The notes under the pieces are model-generated. The model did no database searches, was not told the DNA's origin, and was given only the letters and a program-made list of their open reading frames with translations. A program made the translations under genes and the position numbers. A stretch of 64,000 nucleotides of DNA from a virus (lineage: Duplodnaviria; Heunggongvirae; Uroviricota; Caudoviricetes), in IMG/VR virus record IMGVR_UViG_3300027710_000009; one strand, 5' to 3'. Of this stretch, positions 1 through 9,589 are shown one piece after another; position 1 is the first letter of the stretch; each line of letters begins with the position of its first letter.

Positions 1-207
1 GGTGTCTTTTTCATGGTAAGCACTGGAACCAGTAGGACGACCCATTTCAACAGGGCCTTGATCTTTGCTTGACAAGAACTGGTTAAAATCTTGAACAAAC
101 TGTTGTACGGTATCAAGAGTTACTTGGACCACACGTGGATTGATCACAGTGCCTTGTGTGACTGTGGTATCCCAGCCACCTTCAATCAAGAACTCGTAGC
201 TTTTCAT
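1..207 (-). CDS. Partial ORF running off the window; possible nucleotidyltransferase-like virion protein
   Basis: ATG at 205-207 directly after the upstream stop; hand translation MKSYEFLIEGGWDTTVTQG...GRPTGSSAYHEKD; N-terminal LIE-GG resembles the neighbour's LNE-GG. Confidence 0.6.
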   Translation of the reverse strand, partial: MKSYEFLIEGGWDTTVTQGTVINPRVVQVTLDTVQQFVQDFNQFLSSKDQGPVEMGRPTGSSAYHEKDT

Positions 208-978
208 TTATCTCACCAGTACTGATTGCATCTGGCGAAACCAGGTGGGAGATCCTTCTTCAAGTTTCTTGGGCAATGTGATCAAACCTTTTGCTTCATC
301 GCCACGAGCTTGTGCTAGTTTTTGTTCGCGTTCGGGATCGTTGGCCAATGCTTGAAGGATATTTTTCACACTGTTGAGATCATCACCAGTGGCTTTGGGA
401 TTTAACAAAATCTTGGCCACGCTGTCACGATCACGTGCTACCACTGTGTTGTCATCACGGCGCAATAGTTTGCCACCAAATGCATCAAACTTGAGTCCTA
501 GTGCTTTGCCAATTGAATTCATTACTATAAAGATTGGCTGTCCTGCAAACTCAGGATCCTTGTAGCTGCCACGTGGACCGTGTTGGTGATACGGAGCCAC
601 AATGCTGGCATCATGTATGACCATGACGTCGACTTGTGCCACTGCACCTTTGTAGGGAATGCCAATGCTGACATTGTTGCCGTTGGTTTTGGCTTCAATG
701 CCTTTGCCGCGGAAATAAGCTTCTAGTGCTTTTTTGGCAGCTAGTACAGGATTTTTTTCATCCTGTGTGCGAAACAGTGCCACAACATCTTCTGCTTCGA
801 CCATGACGTCAATGTCACCAGACTCAACCTTGTAGCCAGCTGAGCCAATGTCTGTTTGCAGTCTGCGTAGCAGTGCTTCAGGCATGATCTTTCGTGCTGT
901 GGCCACAATGGTTGCAACATCGTTTTTTGCAACAGGTATGCTGGATGGGATAGCGTTACCGCCTTCGTTCAAACGCAT
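208..978 (-). CDS. Pol-beta superfamily nucleotidyltransferase-like protein
   Basis: GS...GDIDV motif (IGSAGYKVESGDIDVMV) plus a third acidic strand QVDVM. Confidence 0.65.
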   Translation of the reverse strand: MRLNEGGNAIPSSIPVAKNDVATIVATARKIMPEALLRRLQTDIGSAGYKVESGDIDVMVEAEDVVALFRTQDEKNPVLAAKKALEAYFRGKGIEAKTNGNNVSIGIPYKGAVAQVDVMVIHDASIVAPYHQHGPRGSYKDPEFAGQPIFIVMNSIGKALGLKFDAFGGKLLRRDDNTVVARDRDSVAKILLNPKATGDDLNSVKNILQALANDPEREQKLAQARGDEAKGLITLPKKLEEGSPTWFRQMQSVLVR

Positions 979-981
979 TGT

Positions 982-3900
982 TTACTCCATTGCCAATACA
1001 AACTTTTCAAATTCACGTGCAATCTTGGCATCAGCTGATTCTTTGATGTATTTGCCGCCAAACACTTTGCGTGACTCGGCTACTCTAGATACCGGAGGAG
1101 CTTCGCCTCCGCCACCCGGAATAACTCTTGATGGTCCTAGTTCAGCAGGTGGTGCCGCTGTATCAGTGGCCGGTGCTGGTGCACCTGGCTTTTTCTTTTT
1201 CTTTGTACGTGTGATTATGTCTTGCGCTTTTTCACGTTGCTTGCCAGTGCTTGTTCCACGGAACTGTGCCATTTTTTCTCTGTAGGCAGTAGGAGCACTA
1301 CGTTGCAACACACTCAATGCTGTGTCAACAATAGTAATCAAGTCATCTGCATAAGCAGGGCCAGTCATGCGAGCCAGTTGTGGTAAAATGGTTGTGGTTG
1401 CGCTGGTAATCTGTCCATCGCCAGACGAGCCACCCGGTGCAGTTCCACCCACAGCGCCTGGTGCAGTTCCACCAGTCACGCCTGGTGCTGTGCCTCCAGC
1501 GGCACCTCCAGCGGCTCCGCCACCACCGGCAGCTGATGGGTCAGCAACTGGAGCATTCACTGGGCCAAGACCTTGACGCTTGCGAATTGCATCCAGTCTT
1601 ACTTTTTGTGCCGGTGTCAGTGCAGGACCGCCACTCATAGCGGCATTGGCTGCATCAATAATGTCATCGTCTGAAAACTCAGTTTTGGCTGGGGTAAGAT
1701 TTTGTGGAGCAGGTAATCCCATGGTGCTGAACAAGCTCATGATGTATTCTTGCGGAACACCATTACGTGCTAGGATTTGTCCAACGCTGTCAACATCTGT
1801 TGGACTGCCTGCGTCTTTCCACATACGCATGAGACGTTCTTTGTTGACCTTGGTTGTTCCTCGATTCCACCCTCTTGCAATTTGGGCACCAGCTGTGGAC
1901 AAACCTTTTTCAACCTTGTCCATGAACTTGTTGCCCACTTGTCCAGTATAGTTGGTCTGTGGCGGTGTGGCAGGTGCAGTGTCAGCTGTTGGAGCGGCAT
2001 CAGCTGGTTCGTCACCTGTTGGTGTAAACATTCGAGACAGATCCTGCCGTGCTTGTACCGATCCAGCTGGCTTGTTGGCCATGCTGTCACCAGGTTGTTG
2101 CATGCGATAGTCATTGCTGGTTGGGTTGGCTGTGGCCACTGCGGCGGCAGCTCTTGGGCTTGTTTGTGCAAACTGTTGTGCTGTTTGCCCAGTTCTACCA
2201 GCTTGCTGACCCATTGCAGTAGAAGTTTCACGACCGTAGTTGTTTCTGCGAGCTTCTGTAAAATCTCTTTCCCAGAGCTTTTCAATGTTGTCAAACAAAG
2301 TGTTGAGACCACGTTCACTTAGATACAGTGGACGACCTGAGCGGCCAAGACTTTCGTTTAGTGCCCACTTGTGTAGTGTTGTAGCTCTGTCAAACATCTC
2401 ACTCTTGGCAAGATAGCCCACAGTAATACCTTCAAGCACGCCGCGACCTTTTGTGACTTTGATTTTGCTAAATCCTTCAAATTCTTTGGTTTGCTTTTCT
2501 CTTTTGGCTTCGCCAGCTTTGTTTGTCTTGTCAATTAATGCCTTGGGAGTAATGTAACCATAGCTAACGTCAGACAGTTTTCCGGTAGTTGGATTTGATC
2601 TTGGAGGCATTATTGAAATAATCACATCCTGTACAACCCATTCCATTGAGGCTACTTCGCCTTTATTTGGACCAGCTACGTACCTCTCTTCTTTAGAAGG
2701 TTTTCCGTATTTTTTAGAAACAATACTTTCAAAGTCCATAACATTGCCGGGACCGGGGTATGTATTGATATTTACTAATCTTCCTTGCTCAAATTTTGCA
2801 AGCATTTTTATATCAGCAACATTAAACACATAACCAAAATCTCCAAATTTTTCAGTGCTTATTTTTTTGAAATCCTCTTCAGACATTCCAAATCTAATAG
2901 TTCCATTTTTCAAAGAAAATTTAGATAACTCACCTGGTGTATTTGGTTCAGCTGCCATGGGTTCAGCTGCCATGGGTTCAACAGCCTTTGGCTTAACCTG
3001 CGCAATGCTTCTGCCAATTGCACTACCACTGCTGGAATTATCTGCGCTAATTGGAGTAACTTTTTTAGTGTCTGTGTCTACCACAAACTTTTTAACCGCA
3101 TCAACTGGAATAGCTTTTTCGCTACTGACGGCTTTTATTTTGCCGGCACTGTCAACATAGGTGTATACCTTGTCTGCATAAGCGCCTGTGCTTGTTGCAA
3201 ATGCTAGTGCTGCCGCCGCTAGTTTGCTGGCCATGCCTTCATCTAGCTGGTCTTCATTCATGGCGGCTCTGGTGGCATCGGTGGCAATTCTGTTAGCAGC
3301 CATGCCTTGATCTGGTCCCAGCTGTCCAGCTTTCATCTTGTTATAGATATTCTGTGCTGTCATGGCATTGTCGCCTTGATATGCACCTTTATAGGCAGCG
3401 GCATCTATGTTTTTAGGCAACACAATTTTATCACCTGGATTCAAAATATTAGGATTGCCTTGAGGGCCAAATTTGTCTGGATTGAGTTTTGCTAGTTCGT
3501 CTGGGTTTACCTTGTACTTGTCAGCAAAGCCTGTCATGGTGTCGCCTTTTTTGGCAACTATAGTTTGTGTTTCGCCACCTGTCACTGCTGGTTTAGGTGG
3601 GGTTGTACCTCCGCCACCGCCTGGGTTAGTTTCGCCACCTGTCACTGCTGGCTTGGGTGGGGTTGTTGTGCCTCCGCCACCGCCTGTTGTGGCATCTGCC
3701 GCGCTGGCATCGGGAATTAGCCCCTTGGTAGTGTCTGCAAAATTCTGCGCACCTTGTGATATGGCACTGCCAAGTTTGTTGGCACCTGCTTGTGCCGCTT
3801 GACCTAGATTGCTTATGCCTTGACCAATTTTGTTTACCACAGGAGTTGCCGCATCAATAGCCGCACCAGCCGCAGTTTTTGCACCCACCATTGCTGCCGC

Positions 3901-4467
3901 CGCGCCACCTTGCATGGTACCAGCACCAACAGATCCTGACAATGATTTGTTCTTTAACAGGTCATCAGCTGTTTTTGTAGCACCCAACAAGATTGGTCCT
4001 GTAACGCCAGCAGAAGCATATCCAGTTAGCACTGTGAGCAAACCGTACATGAATTTGCCTGATACAGGGTACTTCTCCCAGAACTGTCTGTAGTGATCAA
4101 GTTTTTGTAGTACTTGTGCGCCACCTTCACTTTTGCCCATTTTTGCCGCAATCTTGGCCTTGGCATCGTCAAAGTGTTGATCCATGTTGCGAACTAGTGT
4201 GGTGTCTTGTAGCAGTCTACCAAGGCCCTTGACTTTGTCCACCACAGCACCTACGCCAGCACCCACTTTGCCCAAAAAGGTTTTGTTGTTACCGGTACTG
4301 GTCATGGTTTCTTCTGCGGCTGCAAACAGTTGTTCAATCTGTGCTGGTGTTAGTGCTTCAGCTTCTAATAGCAGATTAAACTGTTGGCCAATCATGTATG
4401 CTTCGTGATACAACGGGCTTGAAGCCAGGTCGTGATATGGTGTTTCTGTTAAATGCGTGGCTTTCAC
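982..4467 (-). CDS. Large low-complexity virion/internal protein with LysM domain
   Basis: LysM motif IVAKKGDTMTGFADKYKVNPDELAKLNP...LNPGDKIVLP; Gly/Pro/Thr-rich linkers; many L/I/V-x-E sites. Confidence 0.7.
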   Translation of the reverse strand: MKATHLTETPYHDLASSPLYHEAYMIGQQFNLLLEAEALTPAQIEQLFAAAEETMTSTGNNKTFLGKVGAGVGAVVDKVKGLGRLLQDTTLVRNMDQHFDDAKAKIAAKMGKSEGGAQVLQKLDHYRQFWEKYPVSGKFMYGLLTVLTGYASAGVTGPILLGATKTADDLLKNKSLSGSVGAGTMQGGAAAAMVGAKTAAGAAIDAATPVVNKIGQGISNLGQAAQAGANKLGSAISQGAQNFADTTKGLIPDASAADATTGGGGGTTTPPKPAVTGGETNPGGGGGTTPPKPAVTGGETQTIVAKKGDTMTGFADKYKVNPDELAKLNPDKFGPQGNPNILNPGDKIVLPKNIDAAAYKGAYQGDNAMTAQNIYNKMKAGQLGPDQGMAANRIATDATRAAMNEDQLDEGMASKLAAAALAFATSTGAYADKVYTYVDSAGKIKAVSSEKAIPVDAVKKFVVDTDTKKVTPISADNSSSGSAIGRSIAQVKPKAVEPMAAEPMAAEPNTPGELSKFSLKNGTIRFGMSEEDFKKISTEKFGDFGYVFNVADIKMLAKFEQGRLVNINTYPGPGNVMDFESIVSKKYGKPSKEERYVAGPNKGEVASMEWVVQDVIISIMPPRSNPTTGKLSDVSYGYITPKALIDKTNKAGEAKREKQTKEFEGFSKIKVTKGRGVLEGITVGYLAKSEMFDRATTLHKWALNESLGRSGRPLYLSERGLNTLFDNIEKLWERDFTEARRNNYGRETSTAMGQQAGRTGQTAQQFAQTSPRAAAAVATANPTSNDYRMQQPGDSMANKPAGSVQARQDLSRMFTPTGDEPADAAPTADTAPATPPQTNYTGQVGNKFMDKVEKGLSTAGAQIARGWNRGTTKVNKERLMRMWKDAGSPTDVDSVGQILARNGVPQEYIMSLFSTMGLPAPQNLTPAKTEFSDDDIIDAANAAMSGGPALTPAQKVRLDAIRKRQGLGPVNAPVADPSAAGGGGAAGGAAGGTAPGVTGGTAPGAVGGTAPGGSSGDGQITSATTTILPQLARMTGPAYADDLITIVDTALSVLQRSAPTAYREKMAQFRGTSTGKQREKAQDIITRTKKKKKPGAPAPATDTAAPPAELGPSRVIPGGGGEAPPVSRVAESRKVFGGKYIKESADAKIAREFEKFVLAME
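3569..3686. repeat. Tandem ~60-bp in-frame duplication (GGGGGTTPPKPAVTGGET x2)
   Basis: gtttcgccacctgtcactgctgg at 3569 and 3629. Confidence 0.85.
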
Positions 4468-4706
4468 TTGCGTATTCTCCTAATTCCTCTGATGAATTTA
4501 TTTGGATCCTGCGCACGAATGCTGTTTAACAGTCGTCGTTCAAGCTCTGACGCCATGTCTGGGTCGTAGCTTTCCCTTATGGTATTGATTAGATTAATTG
4601 CGCCCTGGATGACATGGTCAGCGCGGCTTTCTAGCACATTTTCTTTGTCTTTTTCAATGAAATGGCTATCAAGTTCTTCCAGGAGGCTACGTGTTTTTTT
4701 AAGCAA
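4464..4706 (-). CDS. Hypothetical phage protein
   Basis: TTG start with GGAG SD; upstream TAAATA at 4728-4733; stop overlaps the next start. Confidence 0.65.
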   Translation of the reverse strand: MLKKTRSLLEELDSHFIEKDKENVLESRADHVIQGAINLINTIRESYDPDMASELERRLLNSIRAQDPNKFIRGIRRIRK

Positions 4707-4761
4707 AATCAGGCTCCAATTCTGTATTATTTATCGAAACCTGCGGTAGGTCGTACTCAAG

Positions 4762-6159
4762 TTACCCTTGTCCAGTTTTGATAGCAGCCAGCATGCTTTT
4801 GAGCTTGTTGTTGCCTACTTCAGCGTGTATGGGTGCTGTGTCTTTTATTTCACCAGTGCTGACATCCACTGTGCTACGTGCTTTGATTTGATTCATGATG
4901 CTGGTTGCTTGTGGTTGGTAGCCACTGGCTTCTTCACCTTCATCTGTGATACGCATGGTTTCGATGTTGTAGGTTAGATCCACTTTCATGCCCACGCCTG
5001 TTGAGCTTCGACTTTTCATACACTGTATTTGATAGCGTCCACGTTCACGCATGGCTCTGCTAGTAAAGATACCAAACACATTATCTGCTGTGTTAATTTT
5101 ACTAATACCACCTGAAATATGACTGTGGTCAAATTCAATTTCATCCACAGCACCACGATTAAGCTGTGACGCTGTTACCATTAGTATGCCCAGCTCTTTG
5201 GCCAAGTTACGCAGTTCTTCACTCACATACTTGTCCTTCACAAACAAGTCGTTAGGACTGACCTTGGCACTCACTGGCATCAGCAGATCCAAGTAGTCAA
5301 TCATGATAAAGTCTACCCGGCGATTTGTCTGTATTTGATACTCTTTCAAAAATGCACGAATGTCATTGATATTGCTTTGCGCTGGCAAACCCTTGACCTG
5401 ATATGTGCCTGACTTCTTGCCCACCATCTTGACTTTGAGTGTTGTGGTATCAATGTCCTTGCGAATATCTTTTGTGCTCATGCTACTTAACATTGCATCA
5501 GTACGCAAGCTGGTTAGTTCTTCACTCAGTTCTAGTGTGACATACACACCATGCAATCCTGTTTGAATCCAGTTAAGAGCAATGTTCATCATCACAAGAG
5601 ATTTACCTGATCCTGACCCGCCTGCAAAGATGTTGAGTTCGCCGCGACTGAAGCCACCGTACAACAATTTGTCCAGCTGTGGCCATCCTGTTGACACTTG
5701 CCCGCCTGAGTTGAAATACTTGTTGATGCGTTCTGCAGGATCTGCAAAGTAGTCTGTGCCTAGGTCTTTTTGCAAACTGATCTGCACAGCATCTTTGATC
5801 AGTTTTTCTACAGGATTGAAATCACCGTTTTCAATTAGATCAGCGGCTTTGAGAATTGCACGTTCTAGTTCTTTTTGTTTGGTAAAGTTTTCAAACTCTT
5901 CCAGGAACCAGCTGGTGTGTCCTTCATTTAGATCCGGCACTGGTCTCAGTTCCACACCAGTTGTGGCACGTATTTGATCTAGGTTGGGTAGAGTCTTGTG
6001 TTTTTCGCTGTGTTCTTTGATAAACTTTGCCACTGCACGTAAACTGCGATCAAAGTTTTCTTCGTTGTAGATGTTCTGCACACGCACATAGCTACCTGCG
6101 TCATGCAACATCATTTCAAGAAATAACTTTTGTAAGTCTGGATTGTAGTCTTTTGTCAT
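4762..6159 (-). CDS. DnaB-like replicative helicase (T4 gp41-like)
   Basis: Walker A GGSGSGKS, Walker B IMIDYLDL, TASQLNR, KSR motifs. Confidence 0.93.
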   Translation of the reverse strand: MTKDYNPDLQKLFLEMMLHDAGSYVRVQNIYNEENFDRSLRAVAKFIKEHSEKHKTLPNLDQIRATTGVELRPVPDLNEGHTSWFLEEFENFTKQKELERAILKAADLIENGDFNPVEKLIKDAVQISLQKDLGTDYFADPAERINKYFNSGGQVSTGWPQLDKLLYGGFSRGELNIFAGGSGSGKSLVMMNIALNWIQTGLHGVYVTLELSEELTSLRTDAMLSSMSTKDIRKDIDTTTLKVKMVGKKSGTYQVKGLPAQSNINDIRAFLKEYQIQTNRRVDFIMIDYLDLLMPVSAKVSPNDLFVKDKYVSEELRNLAKELGILMVTASQLNRGAVDEIEFDHSHISGGISKINTADNVFGIFTSRAMRERGRYQIQCMKSRSSTGVGMKVDLTYNIETMRITDEGEEASGYQPQATSIMNQIKARSTVDVSTGEIKDTAPIHAEVGNNKLKSMLAAIKTGQG

Positions 6160-7223
6160 AGCTTATTATATAGTGTTTTGCTCTTGAGCTCAATCTTTAA
6201 GGCACTCGTCTCACGAGCGTCCAGTATGCTTTTGAGAACAAACAAAGGGCCAAGGTGTTCCACCGCAGAAGCTGTGTCTTTGTATTTTTCGCTCCACACC
6301 GGAAAGCTCACAGTCCATCCATAGCCTATTGCCGCATCAATAAGACTGCGCCCGGGCCAGACTTTTTTACCTGTGCGTTCGTTCACGTGTACATCAAAGT
6401 CGGGCACCACTATGACTTCTCTACCAAGGCTTTCAATGATGTCTGCTTGTGTATCATTTATTTCGTTGCTCAAGATAGCCACACCATCTATGCTCATGGC
6501 ATCAAATGGGCCTTCTACCACAATAACAAACTGCGAAGTTGGCCGCTGTTTGTCAACGTTGAACACAAAGTTTGGTTCGTGGCTGTTGTGATACTTGGGC
6601 TTTACTCCGTCTACTAGTGCTCTAGCAGTGTAACCAATGATTTGATTTTTCCAAGTAAACGGAATTATCACACGACGATCCAGGTTGTAACTGGACTCAT
6701 CAGTTATGTAAAAGTCATATTTGTTTGTGTTTATCTTGCGATTATAAACATACTCCACTGCATTGTTAAGCTGTTCGGGCACAACATAATCATCGTCAGT
6801 TAGACCTAGCATGGTTGCCCACTCGCTGAAGCTGGCGCTGTCCTCAGGCAAGGGTCTGGGCTTGAACGTTATTTCAACTTCGGGCACTGGCGCACGTTCG
6901 GCTACTGGTACCAGCTCTTTGATACGCAAGGCCTCCATGACCAGTCGCTGTACAGTGTTGTCATCTGCACCTAGCCATTTCAACAACTTGCGGAATTTGA
7001 ATCCAATTGGACGCCCAGGATAGAAGCCTGTTTTGAATCCGCAATTGAAACAATGATAGCTGACAGATCCATCTGCGTTTGGTCTGACGCCGCCGCGCTT
7101 GCGAGTGTCTACGCTTTCGCCGTTGTGCGGGCAACAAACTGCATTGAAGCTGATCCAGTCGTTGGATTGCTTACGCCGGGCTGGCAGTAGTTGCAGTAGC
7201 TCTTGTTGTACTATATCATACAT
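6156..7223 (-). CDS. DNA primase (T4 gp61-like)
   Basis: Zn ribbon CPH...YHCFNC; TOPRIM VVEGPFDA and VVPDFD; start at 7223 or 7226. Confidence 0.9.
   Translation of the reverse strand: MYDIVQQELLQLLPARRKQSNDWISFNAVCCPHNGESVDTRKRGGVRPNADGSVSYHCFNCGFKTGFYPGRPIGFKFRKLLKWLGADDNTVQRLVMEALRIKELVPVAERAPVPEVEITFKPRPLPEDSASFSEWATMLGLTDDDYVVPEQLNNAVEYVYNRKINTNKYDFYITDESSYNLDRRVIIPFTWKNQIIGYTARALVDGVKPKYHNSHEPNFVFNVDKQRPTSQFVIVVEGPFDAMSIDGVAILSNEINDTQADIIESLGREVIVVPDFDVHVNERTGKKVWPGRSLIDAAIGYGWTVSFPVWSEKYKDTASAVEHLGPLFVLKSILDARETSALKIELKSKTLYNKL
6165..6193 (-). promoter_or_regulatory. sigma70-type promoter, leaderless start of helicase
   Basis: TTGAGC-17-TATAAT, then 5 nt to ATG; no SD. Confidence 0.6.
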
Positions 7224-7307
7224 CATGCAAGTGTAACATCAGTCCAAAGAATAATCAAGCCTGATGGCCGATTGGTAAATAATTTGGAGACTAAACTCGG
7301 ACTATAC

Positions 7308-7682
7308 GTGGACGACATTCTAAAAGAATTCATTAAGAAGTACCCCTTTCTAAGCTACGTGGCTTATGGCGGAAACGAATATATTGGCATTGTACAAAAT
7401 GTTGACGATATCCTAACCACCGTGTATGACTACGGTTCCTTGCGAACAGAAACTGAAAAAATAAATTTCCTAGCACTTGGCGAGACCTGGTGGTGGGAAA
7501 GCAATCGCACTATTCCAATCAATGTATTTTTGAGAGCTGACTGGGGACCATTCCGCTACTGCCTTAAAACCATGAATAGCCGTGACGTGGAAATTAGACT
7601 TGGCCCTTATGTTAGCCTCAAAGAAATTGCAGCCAAAAAAACCAAACGTCGATCCATTGTTTTAGTTCGCAAAACTGAGTAA
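7308..7682 (+). CDS. Hypothetical protein, opposite strand to the replication cluster
   Basis: In-frame GTG at 7308 after TAAATA (7276-7281); LGETWWWESNRTIPINVFL motif. Confidence 0.65.
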   Translation: MDDILKEFIKKYPFLSYVAYGGNEYIGIVQNVDDILTTVYDYGSLRTETEKINFLALGETWWWESNRTIPINVFLRADWGPFRYCLKTMNSRDVEIRLGPYVSLKEIAAKKTKRRSIVLVRKTE

Positions 7683-8243
7683 GTTCATATTTACTACTAC
7701 CAATTGAGCATATGCTATGGCATGGCTTTTTTTGAAATAGTAGGAATCATCCTGTGGCTTTTCCCAAACTGTGACAGCAATATCACGCCAGGCCTGCCCT
7801 ATTAGGTGTCGTTTGGCAGGACGTATAACACTGAGCAACATGGCCAGGCGTGGAATTGAATCCACAGGTTCTGGCATTTTCTTCAATGTGTTCCAGTGAT
7901 TGTTCACATGTATCAGCTGTTCAAAGAACCCTTGATCTGTGTTGAAACGATTCCAATCTGGTGGCGCTTGCATGAGTTCTTGCAAATGTGCTTCATTGCG
8001 TATCTGCTGATAAAGAGTAACATTCAAGAAATCCAGTTTTAGATATCCACGACTTTCCGCAGTTTCATAGTCTAGGCTGGCAATGCCCAACACAGGATCC
8101 ACAGGAACGTCTGTGACATATACGCCTGTGTTGTGCGGTACCAGTTTTGTATCTTTGAGCTGGCTAGCAGGCACGTGTTTTACCAGTGCTAGAATCTTTT
8201 GCCTGTCAGCAAAGTCAATATCAATGTCTGATTGGAATTTCAT
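7662..8243 (-). CDS. Miniature DnaE (DNA polymerase III alpha) catalytic-core-like protein
   Basis: DIDIDF, HNTGVY, GYLKLDFL and YYFKKSHAIAYA motifs of C-family polymerases in ~193 aa; ATG 8243 overlaps the upstream stop. Confidence 0.8.
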   Translation of the reverse strand: MKFQSDIDIDFADRQKILALVKHVPASQLKDTKLVPHNTGVYVTDVPVDPVLGIASLDYETAESRGYLKLDFLNVTLYQQIRNEAHLQELMQAPPDWNRFNTDQGFFEQLIHVNNHWNTLKKMPEPVDSIPRLAMLLSVIRPAKRHLIGQAWRDIAVTVWEKPQDDSYYFKKSHAIAYAQLVVVNMNLLSFAN

Positions 8244-8941
8244 AGCCCTGCTTGCCCTAGCACATGCTTGCACCATTCAGTGTCAGCCACGTAGTCTTTG
8301 AATTTTCGTTGCCAAAAGTCTGGATCAATCCAGTCAATCAGTATGGCCACTTGACCTTCGTCCAGCCCGTCAAGAAACTCAACTCCAGTATCACAAGAGT
8401 ATATGATCCAAGGACTTATCCTGCCAGTGACCACATGATGACAAATGCGGTTGGCATTGGCATACCTGAAGTAATCCCTAAAGCCGTTTTTAAGTTCAGG
8501 ATGTTCGTCTGCATAACTCTGCATCTCATTGAGCGCACGTTCAAGCGCATCCTGTGGAGATTCTTTCTTTAGATACTCATGCAACCACTCTTCGTAAAAA
8601 CTGTCCTTGCACCAGTGATCTATTTTCTTGTTGTTCTTTAACAACCAGTCAGTAAAGTGCTGGCTGTTGATTGCTCTGATACCCACCATGTACCGCCCAA
8701 ACTTAACAAATGCATTGTAATAAGGACTGGTCACAAAGTCTTCATAGCTTTTGAGTCGAGCACTGCCTTGTGTGGTTTCATAAAAACGCAAGTATGCTCG
8801 TAGACCCAGTTGCACCCCTGTTTCTTTTTCCTGTTGCCACCTGCGCTTTTGCTCGCAAAGATGCGCCGCAAGTGTTGACTCCTTGCGAAACTCTTTTTCA
8901 CAATAACGACACTTAAAGGTCTGACTTGATTCGCTTGTCAT
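8240..8941 (-). CDS. Hypothetical protein with N-terminal C2H-C zinc finger
   Basis: FKCRYCEKEFRKESTLAAHLC. Confidence 0.7.
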   Translation of the reverse strand: MTSESSQTFKCRYCEKEFRKESTLAAHLCEQKRRWQQEKETGVQLGLRAYLRFYETTQGSARLKSYEDFVTSPYYNAFVKFGRYMVGIRAINSQHFTDWLLKNNKKIDHWCKDSFYEEWLHEYLKKESPQDALERALNEMQSYADEHPELKNGFRDYFRYANANRICHHVVTGRISPWIIYSCDTGVEFLDGLDEGQVAILIDWIDPDFWQRKFKDYVADTEWCKHVLGQAGL

Positions 8942-9377
8942 CCCACCCTAGTTCCTTTGCCGTGCGTTTGATATCTTCTTTGCTGTTGATGCTGGCAAGC
9001 AATTCAAGATCATCTCGCTTGAGATGTGGATACAACTGATTCAAAAACTTTAGATGCTTGTTTTCGTAGCCAGCATTTTTTTTCTTGTTTGGAATATACT
9101 GATGCTTGAATGTACCAATGCCAGGACTTACTGCCGTGGCACATAGCCATTGTAACTTTGGATGTTTGCTGATGTCAAAGTAGTTGGTGTTGAGATTTTC
9201 ATTACAACTCATCACATAGTAAGCCTGGATGTTGCTGGGCGCTTGCACTTGACTGCTCCAACGCAACATCAAATACAAACTAAATTTCTTCTTTTCTTCG
9301 TCAGTCAGCTCATCGTAGAAGTCTCGATTCTTACGATCCAGCTGTGCCATTTCGTTGTTGATGTTTAGCTTATCCAT
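8913..9377 (-). CDS. Hypothetical protein, possibly clamp-loader small subunit (gp62-like)
   Basis: Size, replication-cluster position, loose recalled similarity (LMLRWSS..NE..N..YF.ISKHPKLQW). Confidence 0.45.
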   Translation of the reverse strand: MDKLNINNEMAQLDRKNRDFYDELTDEEKKKFSLYLMLRWSSQVQAPSNIQAYYVMSCNENLNTNYFDISKHPKLQWLCATAVSPGIGTFKHQYIPNKKKNAGYENKHLKFLNQLYPHLKRDDLELLASINSKEDIKRTAKELGWDDKRIKSDL

Positions 9378-9567
9378 TTTGTTTCTTCAGCGTGTAGAGT
9401 ATTTTAGCACGTTCTAGACATTCTTGCAAGCCAGGATCATCCCGATAGCGAGCATCAAACATCATGTTGATAAAGTCGTTTAGATCGTACAAGGCATCTG
9501 CCACAACCATTTCTTGTAGATCTGGATGCTTGATGTACACAGTATCCGCACCATCTGTGTGATGCAT
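9370..9567 (-). CDS. Small hypothetical protein (start uncertain)
   Basis: ORF fills the gap; C-terminus DPGLQECLERAKILYTL. Confidence 0.5.
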   Translation of the reverse strand: MHHTDGADTVYIKHPDLQEMVVADALYDLNDFINMMFDARYRDDPGLQECLERAKILYTLKKQNG

Positions 9568-9589
9568 GATATTGATAGTTGTACAGTTC

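Noticed and set aside
1432-3686. Short tandem repeats as a CRISPR array or contingency locus
   Set aside because: Units are multiples of 3, lack unique spacers and encode low-complexity linkers
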